A DNA stretch of 57,294 nucleotides, the filler included, from Platydemus manokwari (taxonomy: Eukaryota): assembly GCA_037951405.1 (NCBI GenBank). It is 5 parts of 5 records of this genome, joined end to end, with 100 filler letters (N's around TTAATTAATTAA, not from the genome) between each part and the next. Parts side by side here need not be neighbours in the genome. Positions count along the whole stretch, not along the records: positions 1 to 15,143 come from JBBMOY011335872.1; 4 more parts are not named here. One strand, 5' to 3'. Under the pieces are notes generated by a model. The model had not been told where the DNA came from. It searched no databases and saw only the letters and a program-made list of their open reading frames with translations. Shown one piece after another: positions 1-13,817 of this stretch (positions are counted from its first letter, which is position 1; the number at the start of each line of letters is the position of its first letter). Made by a program: the position numbers and the translations under genes.

Positions 1-39
1 TGTTGTAAGTAAATAAAATTTAAGAAAATCGTAATAATG

Positions 40-420
40 ACTTCTTTTGTTGAAACATCAATTGCAAGTGAAGTAGCATCATACTAACATACATTAAGAG
101 AAATAGTTATTCAAGAACGACTGCAAGGTTATCTGAAGCATTAAGTCAGTCAGTATAAAGATATATTTAGATATTGATAAAAATGAACTCACATTAAATA
201 CATATTTTGATGTGTTTTATCAACACGGTGTTTAATAGATAAGTGATGGATTAATCAAATCACTTTTACATGACCATCTTTTCTGGTAAACATTTCTTTC
301 ATTATCTAACCCACAAATATCGCAGGAATCAATTTTCTGTCCAAAGAAACAGAAAACGACAATGGCCAAAAGAATACGATGAGGTATAAGAAAATTGTCA
401 AAAAGAAATCCACGAAAACC
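40..420 (+). pseudogene. Degenerate fragment resembling the C-terminus of a P-element/THAP9-type transposase
   Basis: Broken translation gives SFVETSIA..., NDCKVI and SLLHDHLF. The DNA near 260-290 (catgaccatcttttc) resembles the minus-strand relic at 27397-27612 (SLMNDHLFGEE). The family call is from remembered similarity to the THAP9 'LNKHLFDGE' region and is weak. Confidence 0.3.
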
Positions 421-1388
421 GTTTTATATAGATAGATAGTGAGTATATCTGTCTTGGATTTATTATGAAAAAAGACTAAGTCAAATAAAATCTTCTGTGA
501 ACAAATATTTTCCTGAATATCACTAACTATCAGATTATTTGAGTGACATCTTCAGTTCATATCTGCTCGATTATTAATATAATTTTAATACTACAAAGGG
601 AAATAGCTTTATGAATGAATGGATATTTCGGAATACAGAATTGACCATTAAAAATCCAGATGCCAAACGGCAGATTCTCATTTCTTCAAAAAAATGATTA
701 TTTAGAATTTTCCAATTATAATTCTCGCATTGATTTTATTCGAACACGGATAATTTTTCATTAAAAATAAAGCCAAATTATAATATCATCATTTCTAATT
801 TCTTAAATCCCAAGTCTCCAAACTTTGTCAACACAAACACCATATTAGATGAATATTCATAAAAATGAGGATTAAAACACATTGATTTATTAACTAAACA
901 ACTCAGATATTGCTGGAGACCCATCTTCGAAACGTCTGAAATAAATTAGTGAAGTAGAACTTAATTTTTGTCACTTTTTTTCATATAATATTTAATAATA
1001 TATGATTTTAATAAAATGAAATGATAATTTAATTTATTAATATTTTTCGGCTCAGACCTTCAATCAACTTAATCGGATTAGAATTTATCATTCGATCGAA
1101 AGAATTTTCTATCCGCTTTCAATGAATTCAAAATGACTTTAAAATATAAAGAATATTTGGAATCAAATAAGAATTTAAAAATATTCATATAAATGAATTT
1201 AATTAATCGGTCATTCGACGAATAACTAATTATTTTATTAATAAATTTGATAAATCGAAGAGTTTTATTGGGTCATTTACGTCGACAATTGTTCTATTAA
1301 CAAAATTAACAGTCGAGTTATTTTTATGATTATAGAAGTAATTTTGATAATTATAAAATTAAATAAAAAGATATTCAAGCTTTATTTC

Positions 1389-2624
1389 ACACGCATATCA
1401 AATATAACTCGGAATTTTTAATTTAAAATTCGCCGACTCGTACAGACAATTTTCAAAGTTGCTAATGAACAGTATCAAATTTCGTGTCGATAATTTCGTT
1501 GATTAAAAAGTTGCATTGGTAATTATCAAAACAAAGATGTTTTATTTCCATTTTATAAAGTCCAATTTTATTGACCAATGAAGTTGCATTGAAATTGTTT
1601 GCTTAATGGAATTTCTGCAACGGAAACTCGGAAGATGTTACAGAAAACCTTCAATGATCAGTCCATGTTGAAAATTTGAGCAATATGTGCAAATGCTAAA
1701 TGGTTAATGATGATCGCAAACGCGATGAAGATAAACCACATCAGAGACGTCTATAAACATCAATTGATGCACAGCACGTCATGAAAATCCAAGATTCAGT
1801 GCTCGAAAATCGTATATTGACAATTAGAGACTTTGTTGATGCTGTACACATCAGTATAGATAATTTTCAAAGATATTTTAGGCCTCAGTCGTATAAAATA
1901 CATAAAAAAACTCTGTGTTTAGGAAAAACGAGGACGTGTTAATGTCTGTAAAACAATGATTTCTGACTACCCGGACGTTATGAAATGCATAATTGCTGTA
2001 GATGAAACTTGGACTTATGTCTACAACCCGGAAATACTGGAACAATCGAGCGAATAACATGTCAAAGGTGAGCCAATATCGATAAATTCAAAGTTTCACA
2101 AAAACCAAGGTCATGTTAACCGTTTTCTAATATAATCGTAGTGCAGTGCTCTACGAATTTCTTGAGACAATTCAAAGTGCTATCATTTGGGTGTAATTTA
2201 CCTCAAAAGGTAAGAATTACGGTCAGACCTATTTTCATTTTTGCTCAACGATAATGCAACATTTCACAATGCATTGGTTCTTTGGGACTTTTTCATCAAA
2301 ATTCGATTCAAAACATTCCACTTTCCATCGGAGTCACATGATTTAGCACCATGTGACTTCAGGCTATTCAGTAAACTCTAAAATCCAGTCCGGGGACACC
2401 GATAAAACTCGATTTAAAAGATAAAAGCAGAATCGAAGTAGGTGTTGGAAGCCATTCCGGAAATAGACTTTAACATTTGTTTAGAGAATTGGAAAAAGTG
2501 TATTGGCATGAAAGGGATTGTGTCAGAGGGGATTATTTTGAAGGCGATGAAATTGATTTGGAAGAATAAATAAAGACATTTCATTTTATTACAATATTCC
2601 CAGTCATATTTGATGGCAATAGTA
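1389..2624 (+). mobile_element. Mariner (Tc1/mariner, DD34D-type) transposon, full length but with stops and frameshifts
   Basis: Transposase motifs appear in order: HTH 'CLMEFLQ/ISATETRKMLQKTF' (~1597-1655), 'IIAVDETWTYVYNPE' (~1989-2035), 'LLNDNATFH' (~2241-2267), 'SHDLAPCDFRLFSKL' (~2333-2378). Imperfect TIRs: 5' catatcaaatataactcggaattttt (~1394) versus 3' aatattcccagtcatatttgatggcaatagta (~2593-2624). Length ~1.24 kb fits mariner. Confidence 0.92.
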
Positions 2625-3029
2625 AGATTTATTTATTAATCTGTCGAATTATTTATTTATTAAATTGTCGAATTTACGATTTTTGTTTAAATCGATGGAT
2701 TTGAGAAAAATCATTCGATCACAAAATACACAATGCAAAGTCTAAATGATTATTAATGTTTTATTGAAGATAAATAGATAAATGTTTTGTTTATTCATTC
2801 TTTATGATCATATCCAATTTCATTGACGTAGGTTACTATAAATATCAAAAGTTGGCATAAATCGAAATACAGAATTCGCCTTAAATAATTATTTAAACCT
2901 TATCTATATAAACTTCTTATCAAACAACTATTTCATGATCAGTCTATGAGTATAAATGGGGGAAATGTCTTTCAATTTTAGTTACAATGATTTATTTGTT
3001 AAATGATTTCGTAATATCGACAATTCTAG

Positions 3030-6000
3030 ATTCATTCCAAGGATATCCTATACCAAAAGATTATCACAATGATTCAAACAAATTATTTTTATGGATCGGA
3101 AATATTGGTCCATATGCGGGTTTCAACAATACCGAATATCAACCATTTAAAAGCCAAATGATTGGCTGCGTTGAAAATTTTTATATTGATTTTAAATCGA
3201 TAACTTTTGAAAATTTTGGTGATGATTTTTCACCGAAATGTATAAAGTCCCAAGAAAAAAGAATTTGTCAAGGGGAGGTCTGCAAAAATCATTTAATGGC
3301 AGAGCATGTGTTGGATTGTTCATTCTCGAGTATGAACGTTCAGAAATACTGTTATCGAGGTTAGAAAATTTTATTTATGCTTTGTCATTATTGCATTATC
3401 TTTATTATCATTATTTCATTATGAGAGATTATTGATCGAATCAATGACAATCTCAATATGTAGCCCAATGGTAAGTCGGTTTTGAAGATCTTTCAATTCA
3501 TCAGTATCTGTGTGGACATCGAATACAAGAGTTAATTATTTGCTTATTGATTTATTCGAATTCTACGCCTTTATCACTCGACATTAGGTTGTAGGTGCCT
3601 GTTGTGATTGCATTTTACCTCCAAATTTCTGTTTGATTCTTTAAATAATGTATGAAATCGATTTGAAACAACGTATCGAATTAGATTTATCTGAATATAC
3701 TGGCGAGATCAATTCCTATTCAAAAATTAATTATCGCGAACAGTCAATATGGTTAAAACTGGCTTGGGAACAAACTGTTTCTGGAAATTATTGTTTGATG
3801 GAGATAATATCTGGGTGAGTTGAGGACTGGGATATTTATTCTCATCAATACATTTACAGAAATGAAACATCGTTACTATTCTACATCAATGAACTGAACG
3901 AGATTGTTATGGTTAACGGCGGAAACCAATCGATAAATGGAACGGGAAGAATATTATCTGCAGTTATATTCGATAATATTTACGTTTTGTTTATCAATTT
4001 CGAATATCAGAGCTTATATATTAAAGTGATATCATAACAGAATGAATTCTTATTAGTTGATTGCATCTTCAGGTATCAGATAGTCGAGTTATTCAAACAT
4101 TTATTGAACCATTTTATGAGGATCCAAATGAAATTAATGTGAGATATTCAAAATTTTCCAAAAAATGCTCAAGCTTTAAAGGAAAAACTGGTTCTTATGT
4201 TTATAAAGGATTAATATTATCGATTAATTTATAAAATGCAGCTTTTCGATATGATGTATCACAATTGATGCCAATAGTGAGGTCGTGTAATCCTGTAATG
4301 GTATGATTTAATTTACTAGCAATACATGAATGTATGTGTGTATGTATGTGTGTATACAGTATAAATATGGAAGAGTCATACAAATATATTGACATACCTT
4401 ACTTTGAAATAATTTCTTATACTAGAAAGTGACCAATCACAATCCTAAAATATCACAAAACCCAATAAAATTTTTGGAAATATAATTTAAAAAATGAAGA
4501 TCAAACGCACGCTAAAAATGAGAACATTATAAGCATATCAAATCATAAATGATTTTGATTCCATGTGAACCTATGAATGACACCGATTCTGAAGTAATAC
4601 ATTACATTGTATAGATCATTTGGTTTTTTGCACACAACTATACATTTATGTGTTCGTCACTCTCTTATAACAGCTGGGTAGAAAAACTCGTGTTATCTGA
4701 AACTGTGTTAAACGAGAATGTACAAAAAGAGGGTCAAACATCTCGAAATGATTAAAATTAAATTCTATTAGGTGAGATTAGCTAATCATTTTCCAAGAAT
4801 TTAACCACTGTGTTATATGAGGGAACACCTGTATTATAAAATTTAAAAAAGTAAAATATAGATTGCAACATAATATATTGAATGCCACGAATATATCAGC
4901 TAAATAATAACTCTAACAGTTTATAATTATTCAATAAAGTTTTGTTTTGTAATTGTGTCGATTTATAATAAACTGAAACTTGAGCTTCAATGGCCACCAC
5001 GCACTTGGATTCGATTTTGAGAATGTCTATGACATGAAAGTACAGAAGAGAAGGAGGAATATATAGAAAAGATATAAATAAAATATAGTGAAGTTATATA
5101 AAAAATATAGAGAAGAAAAAGTAAAGATACAGAAAAGGTATAAAGAAGATATACAGATAATGTAAATTAAGAAATAGAGAAGATACAAAGTAAAGAAGAA
5201 ATAGACATTTTATATGGATAAATATCTAGAGAATTTGATACAGACATAATTAAGAATTCAGAGAAAATCAAAGATTTTATATGAAGGGAGTTTTGGGGAT
5301 TTATAATAAATTAAAATTTTCAAAATTATAAAAACAAATTTTTGTAAAATATTATTTTGTTTTAATTATTGTAACTAAAATATTATTTTGTATCATGACC
5401 TTTTCAGTTCGTTTTAAATGCGTGCCTTTCGGTAGTGAAATTTAATTTTTAAATTTAATTTTAAAACAAAAAATAAAAATCGATAAATTTTTATGAAAAA
5501 TAAATCAATATCGCAAGATTTATTTCTAATAAATTTACCCACAATTTGAATTACAAAATCACATGAGACTAACAAGATTTAATATTCGAACCAATAACTA
5601 ATATGTAATAATAGATTTTATGCCTTGATGTTCGATTCGTAGTGATTTTCCACATTGCAATGTGTCATGGTTGAATGATGATTTTACAAGTCACGTTATA
5701 CGAATCGGTTTCCACGATTTGGTATCGTATGATAATTGCTTGAAATATGTATATATTTTCAGATCAATTATCTGCTATTATCCATATCAATTATAATCAA
5801 CGGGTTACTGTTGATGATCATTCTCATTATTTGCTTATCCGGCAAACGACAGCCGCCTGCTATTGCATCGTATTTTATAAAATTTAATTCAATTCATTTT
5901 ATTAACAAAAACCATTCAGGAACCCCTATGAATTGGAACATGTCAATTTGCCACCGATTCCAATTGCTCGACGAACAGATCAATTCGTTTACGACATCGT

Positions 6001-6047
6001 CAAGATTTGAAGGCCATTTCAATACATGTCTATATAGCTGTAAATAA
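3030..6047 (+). CDS. 3' part of a single-pass membrane protein with laminin-G-like and Cys-rich/EGF-like modules (paralogue A)
   Basis: Phase-compatible GT-AG exons: 3030-3359 (LWIGNIGP...MIGCVENFY, then a Cys-rich module), ~3595-3630 (GACCDC), 3685-3814, 3860-4025, ~4073-4190, ~4242-4300, 5763-6047. The last exon encodes hydrophobic YLLLSISIIINGLLLMIILIICL, then GKR and a cytoplasmic tail. 5' exons were not located. Confidence 0.7.
4991..5437 (+). mobile_element. Internally deleted LTR-retrotransposon remnant (TGG leader, purine-rich body, PPT, LTR) in an intron of paralogue A
   Basis: Begins TGGCCACC. 5255-5320 matches the reverse complement of the PPT/LTR junction of the Gypsy at 44170-44235 (gagaaaatcaaagatttt...ggg(a)tttataat). 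5390-5437 matches the LTR end at 26700-26758 and 54037-54094. Confidence 0.6.
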
Positions 6048-8335
6048 CATTCATCAACATTTCTTTTTATTGTTCTCACATCACTCATACTACCGGGGGA
6101 ATCTAATTGTTGTCATAAATCAATGAAAATCTTTGTTTTATTATCGATTAAATCTATGAACATCAATATGAAAAATAAATTTTAGCTGTTATTTCCTGTT
6201 TACATTATCGTGCTGATGAAACAAAGTGTTATTTCAATCCTGGTAAATGCAGTTTGGTTTTCCGGTTTAGGAATTCCTAGAGTGTTATCAAATCGTTTTT
6301 TAAAATATTTTGATGACATCATTGAAAAAGCATGTTGAGAAAATATTATTTTGTTTCTCAAAATTTACCATTGGAAATATAGTAATGGACTACTTTTAAC
6401 AGTTGATATTTCATTATTGGAATTATATATTACTAGCTTTTATCGATTATGGTTATAATAAGTACAGAATTAGTGTGAATTATAAAGTGTGTTTTCGGTT
6501 AGAAAAATCAATAATTAATTAGATAAAATAAATGAAAAATCAAAAATATGTTCAACACAGTGAAAAGATGTTAATAATGAATGGGTTTTAAATAAATAAT
6601 TGAATGAAGACTGGAACTGAATGAAGATGTATTATGGAGAAATTTTGTATTGAATACAAAGTTCTGGGCTGAAACTTGAATTTTGTGAAAATGGTTCTAT
6701 CTTAATGTATGCGATAGTTATAATAAATACATTTGTGGTCGGAACCTCTAAGAATTTTTAAGTAGTTCGTAACCAAAATTAAAAGAGAAGTCGGTTGATA
6801 AGACATAGCCACATTATGGTGTATGACAGGTACCAGGTCTGACTATTTTATTCTAGTAATTATTATTCCTCTAACGTTAACTTGAATATATTCTTATAAC
6901 ATATGAATCAATCCTCAATGATATGGAAATCTAAAATTATTTAAAGCAAACAGTAAAATATTTTTCGTAATTTTTATTCCATTTTCTTTGAAAGCTAAAA
7001 TATTAGAATGCGATTAAGGTCAAAGGATTCAATCTATTATTTGACTTAAACAGATTGCAGCACTGCTAGAAATGTTATTCGGGTCTGTTGATAATTGGAT
7101 TTGAGTAATAATAGGACTCCATAAGAATCAAGTTAATAATGCCTTATCTTACATTTTTTGCGGAATATATGTTCTCACTTCATACCTTTGAAATAGAGCT
7201 ATCTGCATATTTATTCGATTCCCAACTATGACAAAGTTTACTCTTATCTTCGCAAATCCTATTTCTGTGATCAATAATCAATACTAATAAAACTCATTTA
7301 TATTATTTCCTCCTGATTGATTTGATCCAATAAAAAATCACGTAATCTACATATCACGTCTCAATTCAATCCTACAAAACCCCAAATTCCAATATCTTGT
7401 CTTAGGTGTGGGAACATAAAGGATAAAGTAAGCAAATCAATAAGCTTTATTAATTTTACTACAAAATTTACTTCCTTGATAAAACAGGAAATATACCGAT
7501 TAGAGGTATAACGGATATGCAGCTTAGATTTCTTTATAAACACTACTGCGCCAACTTACAAAAAGGCGATGAACAACATCAAAGGTGACTGTCTGCCAAG
7601 TGAAACGATTTTCAAATTCATTATAAAACAAAAACAAGAACAGAAACCTGTCTTTCATAACTGCACTGGTAATTGGTCTTTGGTAATTGGAATTGGTTTG
7701 TGGATCGATTTACTTGAGATTTTTCGTATATCTCTCTTGGCATTGGTCGTTATTTGGACTTGTTGTCGTTTGTAGGTATGTGCCTGTCAATTCTTAGCAT
7801 CTAAATATATATTAACATTAGAATGAATTTAATTGGTTAACGGCACGTGTGTTTATCGTGTTTGTGTGTATTGTGTGTATTGACCCTATTTAGGGTTTTT
7901 CTTTGGTTATTTTTCATTGGACCCTTTTGATTGATTTGTGATATATCAAAAAATTTGTTTAAATTGGATTACTATTTTATTATTATTTATATCGAATTCA
8001 CTATTCTCATGTTCTTTTGAAAATGTTGCCTACACTTTAAGCTTTATTTTTGCTGCAACAATTTTAGCTTGTTTTTCCACAATCGTTCTGCTCTAATAAA
8101 AGATTTTAAAAACTTTTATTTAAATAGCGGAATAAATTAATAAAAGATTCAAATTCTGGGAAATATTAGAAGTGAGGTAACATGTCTATGGTTGATATGT
8201 TCGAGAATATTGTATTTTATAGCATGAATTATTGGTGTTTTGTGAACCGGAAAATATAGTGTTTACATTAGATCAATATATTTGAATTATTTCTCAATTT
8301 AATTATTTGTTTTACTAATCATTAACAATAGCTCA

Positions 8336-8934
8336 GGTTCCGATTAACGTCTGTCAATAGATCGACTTCACAATAGCGATTTTAATAAAACAGAGGCTGT
8401 CACAATAGGGACCACATGATAGCGATTGTATTATAAGAGCTATTATCACAACAGCGACATCATAGCATCCACTGCATAAAACAGCATAAAAATTACAGGG
8501 CCCTATACTTCCCGTTGTTCGCCTAACAAAAAACTCACTACAACTGAAAATACGCACACAATAAACACTACGTAGCGTGTTCTCAGTAATAGAAAATTTA
8601 AACCCAAAGGAAATCTAAAACAACGTCTTATTTGGATTAGCTCCAGAAGCCACATGGTTTAAAATTTACGCAAATTTTTGAGTATATTTTATTTTAAAAT
8701 TATTTCCAAAAGTAATACAACTAAACACGTAGATAGCAACTGGAAAACACAAGCAATTGACACCTTGCGAGCATACATATCCCACTCTGTCGCTAATGTT
8801 ACAGTCACCATTCGAATACAGTCACCATTATGACAGTCGCTATTGTAATCAACACTGTTTTATTACAATCGAAATTGTAAAGTCGCTCTATTGATAGTCG
8901 ATCTATTCTTACAGTCACGATCCAATCGGAATCC
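8336..8934. mobile_element. Foldback/MITE-like non-autonomous DNA element with long modular TIRs
   Basis: The left end ggttccgatt...aatagatcgact...caatagcgattttaataaaacag is the inverse of the right end ctgttttattacaatcg...agtcgatctatt...aatcggaatcc. Both arms are built from (c)aatagcgac / gtcgctattg subrepeats. No coding capacity and no clear TSD. Confidence 0.8.
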
Positions 8935-10690
8935 CATCATCAGTATGAATACATAAAATTCATTTTTTTATATTATTATAAATAATATTAATAAAAATAT
9001 TTAAATATAATGTTTACTTGTAATGTCTATTTTTTAATTTATCGTAAACAAAAGACAGACAATAAAAATGTGATAAACAAATCACCATTTAGAAAAATAT
9101 TCTGAGAAATTGATTTTAATAACAGGTTACTGTTAGTTGTGAATCTATATATTAACTCGGTTCAAGTTACAATTTGATTACCAGATGTTAATACAACTTC
9201 AATACAAAATTGTCACTGATACTACTGACGTTCTATTATCAATAAAAATTTTGTTTGTTTTAATTACTATGAATTGTGGATAAGTGTGTAAATTAATATT
9301 TGTTTGTTTTATTGAAGCTGTTTGTTGGATTATTATTGAGTAATGTGAAGGACTTTGAAATTAATAAACGAACGGAAACTAAAGTGAACAAATCAAAATA
9401 CGGATAAAATATGGAATATATAATGAAATGCCAATGTTCGAGTAATAACTAGTGGAGAATATTAATGTAAATAACTTGTAGGTTCACATGCAGGTCATAT
9501 GAGCAAATCTTATTCATAGCATTAGCAAAAGTTTAGATATGTTATAAAATTTCTACCAGGTCATATATTATTATCAATTGCTATAATCTCATCCAATAAG
9601 AATGGAAAACCAATTAGAGATAGTCTATTCTTGAGCATGTTAGGTATATGTTTGTGTGCATGTATAAAGTGCCTTTAACAGGGCTTTTAATTTTACGATG
9701 ATCGTTATTTCCATGACAATCTTCCATATACAACAATATTAAATTCATCTCAAAATTATGACCAAATGAACATATTGATTCCCCAATCATTCGAATGTCG
9801 ATGTTTGTGTTTAAACAAAATTTATTTTGTCATTTTCGACATTATTTGTGACTGTACTTATTAATTTACAGATATCGGGTCTCATATTTTTGCAAAAATA
9901 TAAAATAATATCAAAGTAAAAATAATATTATTAAATATAATAATAATAAATATCAATATCACCTCATTATAATTAAAGAGAACTTTTGGTGCTTTAGTAA
10001 ATTATTCATGCAATATTTGACGAATCAAATTTATTGTGGAGAAGTTTAATAATGAGTACTTCAGGATCAGACAGCTAGAAAAAATTAATTTATGGATAAT
10101 TTAATTAAGAAAATGTCTGTTGGCGGTGCTTGAAACTCAATTAAGCCACATTTGCTCTAAATTATCACAGCCAATGCTACTCTTGTTCGATTGGAGATTA
10201 TAGATTGGCGGGCGTTGTCTCCATTGTGCGAAATGGTAATTATGATTTTCGTGATAGGAAAAATAAGTTTTTCTTTTATCAAGTCATATCATTCGAAAAT
10301 ATAAAACCTACATGAGGAATTATTGTTAAGATTGTCTGTAAAACTAAATCTGTTTTATTTGATGACTAATGTCGACTGAAGATCGAGAGCACTTAAAAAA
10401 CATATCCGCTATGGATAAAACCATTCAAATAATCAGAACCAACTAATAAAATTCTATTTTATACTTCTATAATAAATCTACCAATCACAGATTTCATCTT
10501 AGTTCTGATATAGTTTATCATTCAACACATTCATATAAACAAATAATTCACTTACAAACGATTTAAATTTTAATATTCCACTACTTTGGATCAATATTTA
10601 GAAAATGATTCATTATAGATGTTATCTGCTTTTGTTGGGTAATCAAATATATTATTTTGTAAACATTTTTTGTTTATGAAACATTTACAG

Positions 10691-13600
10691 TTCTTGTGAA
10701 TCTATTTCCAATATTCTACACATCGTATGCCTATGCAGAAATCAACAAAGTCTTCAAAAATGATATCCGAGTAACGTTCCTGATTTCATTCAAAGATTCC
10801 GTGGGGCTTATTTTGTATGCAATCGACACGAATCATAATCGATTATTCCTTAAAACAGGGGAAAAATTTTCTGTTGACAGAGAAGTTATTGGTAATTTTA
10901 ATGGGAAAATATTCAAACTCCAAGGTGAGTGATGATAGAATATCAACAATAATCAATGAGAACCCAATCAATATTATATTTCAGTTCAGAATAATTTTAA
11001 ACATTCGGTATTCCAATTGAAGCTCTTGCTGCAATTTAAAAGCGACAATCTCTATTTGAATGATTATAAGATTCGGATACCTGATGTATTTGTGCCCGAT
11101 CGCATTAACGAAGGTAAATGTATTTGGAATATATGGATTGATTGTTTTAATAATCATAATAAATGATATGATGATATCGATTATGAAAAATGCCATGATG
11201 TGAAATTCTGTGAGATGATGGTGAATGGTGGCCAATGTCAACGTGGAATGAAATCCTGAATTTGAATTTTTTATACAATATCGAATGATTAGACAAATCT
11301 AACAAATTGGTCAATCGCTGGAGCACTACATGTTTGAATTCAAAAGGTTCATTCAGAAAACCATCATAAGCCTTTTGATAATCAATGATAACAATCAAAA
11401 ATAATAATACACTTGATAATAATAATAAAGATAATAATAATTTAAAAGAAAATAATAATAATTATTATTATAATAATAGATTATAATGAAAAAGAGTTGG
11501 AGATCGATTTAATATAGATTTGATTGGATATTTTCCGAAGTTCAAATCTGATGAATTTATAAAAAATATTTGATGTAATTTGGTTACGGTGTTTAAATAT
11601 TTATCTATAAATAAATTTACGATAATATTGATTGATATAAGCCCGTTGGGGCAACATACGTAAATATATAAATATAAACACATCAATAATATATAAATCA
11701 AAATATAAAATGTTGAAATACAAAATTATGACTAATTTGAATTTTAAAAACACGTTTTTATGGTAATACCATAGAGACTTAATTTAAAATCCAAATCACC
11801 ATGGCAACATAAGAAATCACCATAGAAAACCAGGAATTCACAAATTAATCATCACGCTTACAATTTAGAAAACTTTATAAACCATCAGCTCAAAACCAAA
11901 AAATTCACAAATATTTCTCACATAAAAATTTTTGCTCAAAATCTCAGCACTATTATTTCTCGTCCAATCACACACATACTTATAAGCACCAGAACTCATT
12001 ACAATTATCCTATTCAAATTGGATCAATCAATTATCATTCACAAGCAGCAGACAATTACAAGTTCGCAGGCTGCATACAAATTATCTCTAAAGAATTATT
12101 ATTCGCCAAAGATTTCTTTATTCAATTTTATTTCAATCGTCAGACACCAAATAGTAAACATTATTTGTAATTGTGTCTTCAACATTTTTGCAGCAATCTC
12201 CGACAAAAGATTCGTTGTGAAACATTAATCCTACAAAGTCAATGCCAACGAGTTTGGCTCTAAAATCGCTACGCCTTATTTTTTCAATGTTCGCAGTATA
12301 GTTCCATTAGTTCTTCCCAGTGATTTTTATCATCTTCAGGACACCACAGCTTTGCTTCTATCAAGCTTATACATTACACATCTGTTAATATTATTATAAT
12401 ACATTTTATTATTATCAGAATTTGTTTATTATTATTATTATATTTATATTTTATGACACACAATCTATTAATCTGTTAGGAGCCAGATTTTTGGCGGAAT
12501 AGTCATCAAATATATCTTCTAACAACTCATACTAAATTACCGAATAGTCCATCGATATGTCATTGTCGAATTATTCTTAATCATCACCAAATCTCGAATT
12601 TATTCAGTGAATTTCCATCAATATCTACCTTTAATTTTGGCTTATATATATATGATAAACTAAATTGTTTAAGTGATACAGTAATAAATTCAAATCAGAA
12701 TCTGAGACTTCTTTATCAATATGCATTAAATCTTGAAAAAAAGTAAAAGCTTTATTATTGGTGTAATAGGTGAGAATAGCTAATGTGCCATTGGAATAAA
12801 TTTAATTTGCGAATAAGTTGGCCTGTGCTGCAGGTCGATAAGCGGAAACTGAACTGGTGTATACTAATAGCAATCGGTTTGAAAACAGTATGAAAGATTA
12901 GTTTGAATTTGACAATTGTAAAAGTATAATTATTCTTTTCTCTGGAGAATTCTTGGACTAATAACAAAGGCAAAAAAAATTTTCAATGTTTGGAATTGTA
13001 ATGGGATTGGAATGCAATGATGATGGATATGGGACACCTGAAATTAACGGGTTTCATAAAGATGTGAGGTGGTTTACGAATTAAACCGAGAAAGCAAAAG
13101 TAATCGAATCGTGTGATATTTAAGCTGATTTTTTAATTTCTCTCGAAAACTATAGTTGATTAACTCATGAGAGTTTGATTGATTAAACGTTGTATTATAT
13201 AAGTGAGAAATATTTTGACTGTTTCTTGTCTAGAATCTTTGTGTATTCATACCCGATTTTCATTCATTTGATTTCGAATTTATCTATTAACTGTCCCTGT
13301 ATTTTCTGAAAAATTCCTTGATTTAATCTGAAGTTGCTATGACAACTTTAGCTCATGTCATGACAACGTACATCATTAACTTATTTTTAGATTATTTTTT
13401 TAATAACTGATGATAATTTCGGATTTTTGTCATTTAGTTATATAAAATAGTTTTACGCATTGTCATCAAATTTATCATTTAATATTGTATCAGGTGCTTT
13501 CGACAAATATCCAATACCCGAGAATTTTAGAGAACAAACAAACAAAGTGTTCTTGTGGGTTGGAAATATTGGTCCATACAAAGGACTTAATAATTTTGTC

Positions 13601-13817
13601 TACAACCCATTCAAGGAACAACTGATGGGTTGCATTGATTATTTTTTTTTTGATTTCCTCGATGTAAACTTCATCACCTATGGAAATCAGATATCACAAC
13701 CCTGTAAGAAAAAATTTAATGAAACAATATGCACCGAAAGCCAATGTCAATCCATAATGGCAGAAGAACACCGTCTTAACTGTTCCGGAATGACGGCTCA
13801 GAAATTTTGCTTCAAAG
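10691..13817 (+). CDS. Internal exons of a second laminin-G/EGF-like gene (paralogue B)
   Basis: Phase-1 exons 10691-10924 (IRVTFLISFKDSVGLILYAID, LamG-like N-terminal strands), 10985-11113 and 13494-13817 splice in frame. The last exon aligns along its whole length with 3030-3359 (YPIP..., FLW[IV]GNIGPY.G.NN..Y.PFK.Q..GC, MAE.H.L.CS, QK.C..G). Gene ends are unresolved; a possible upstream exon lies at ~9526-9643. Confidence 0.7.

Noticed and set aside
1878-2060. 60-aa minus-strand ORF
   Set aside because: It is antisense to the mariner transposase relic.
7361-7800. Short ORFs on both strands as a gene
   Set aside because: No recognisable homology and no consistent splice chain could be built.
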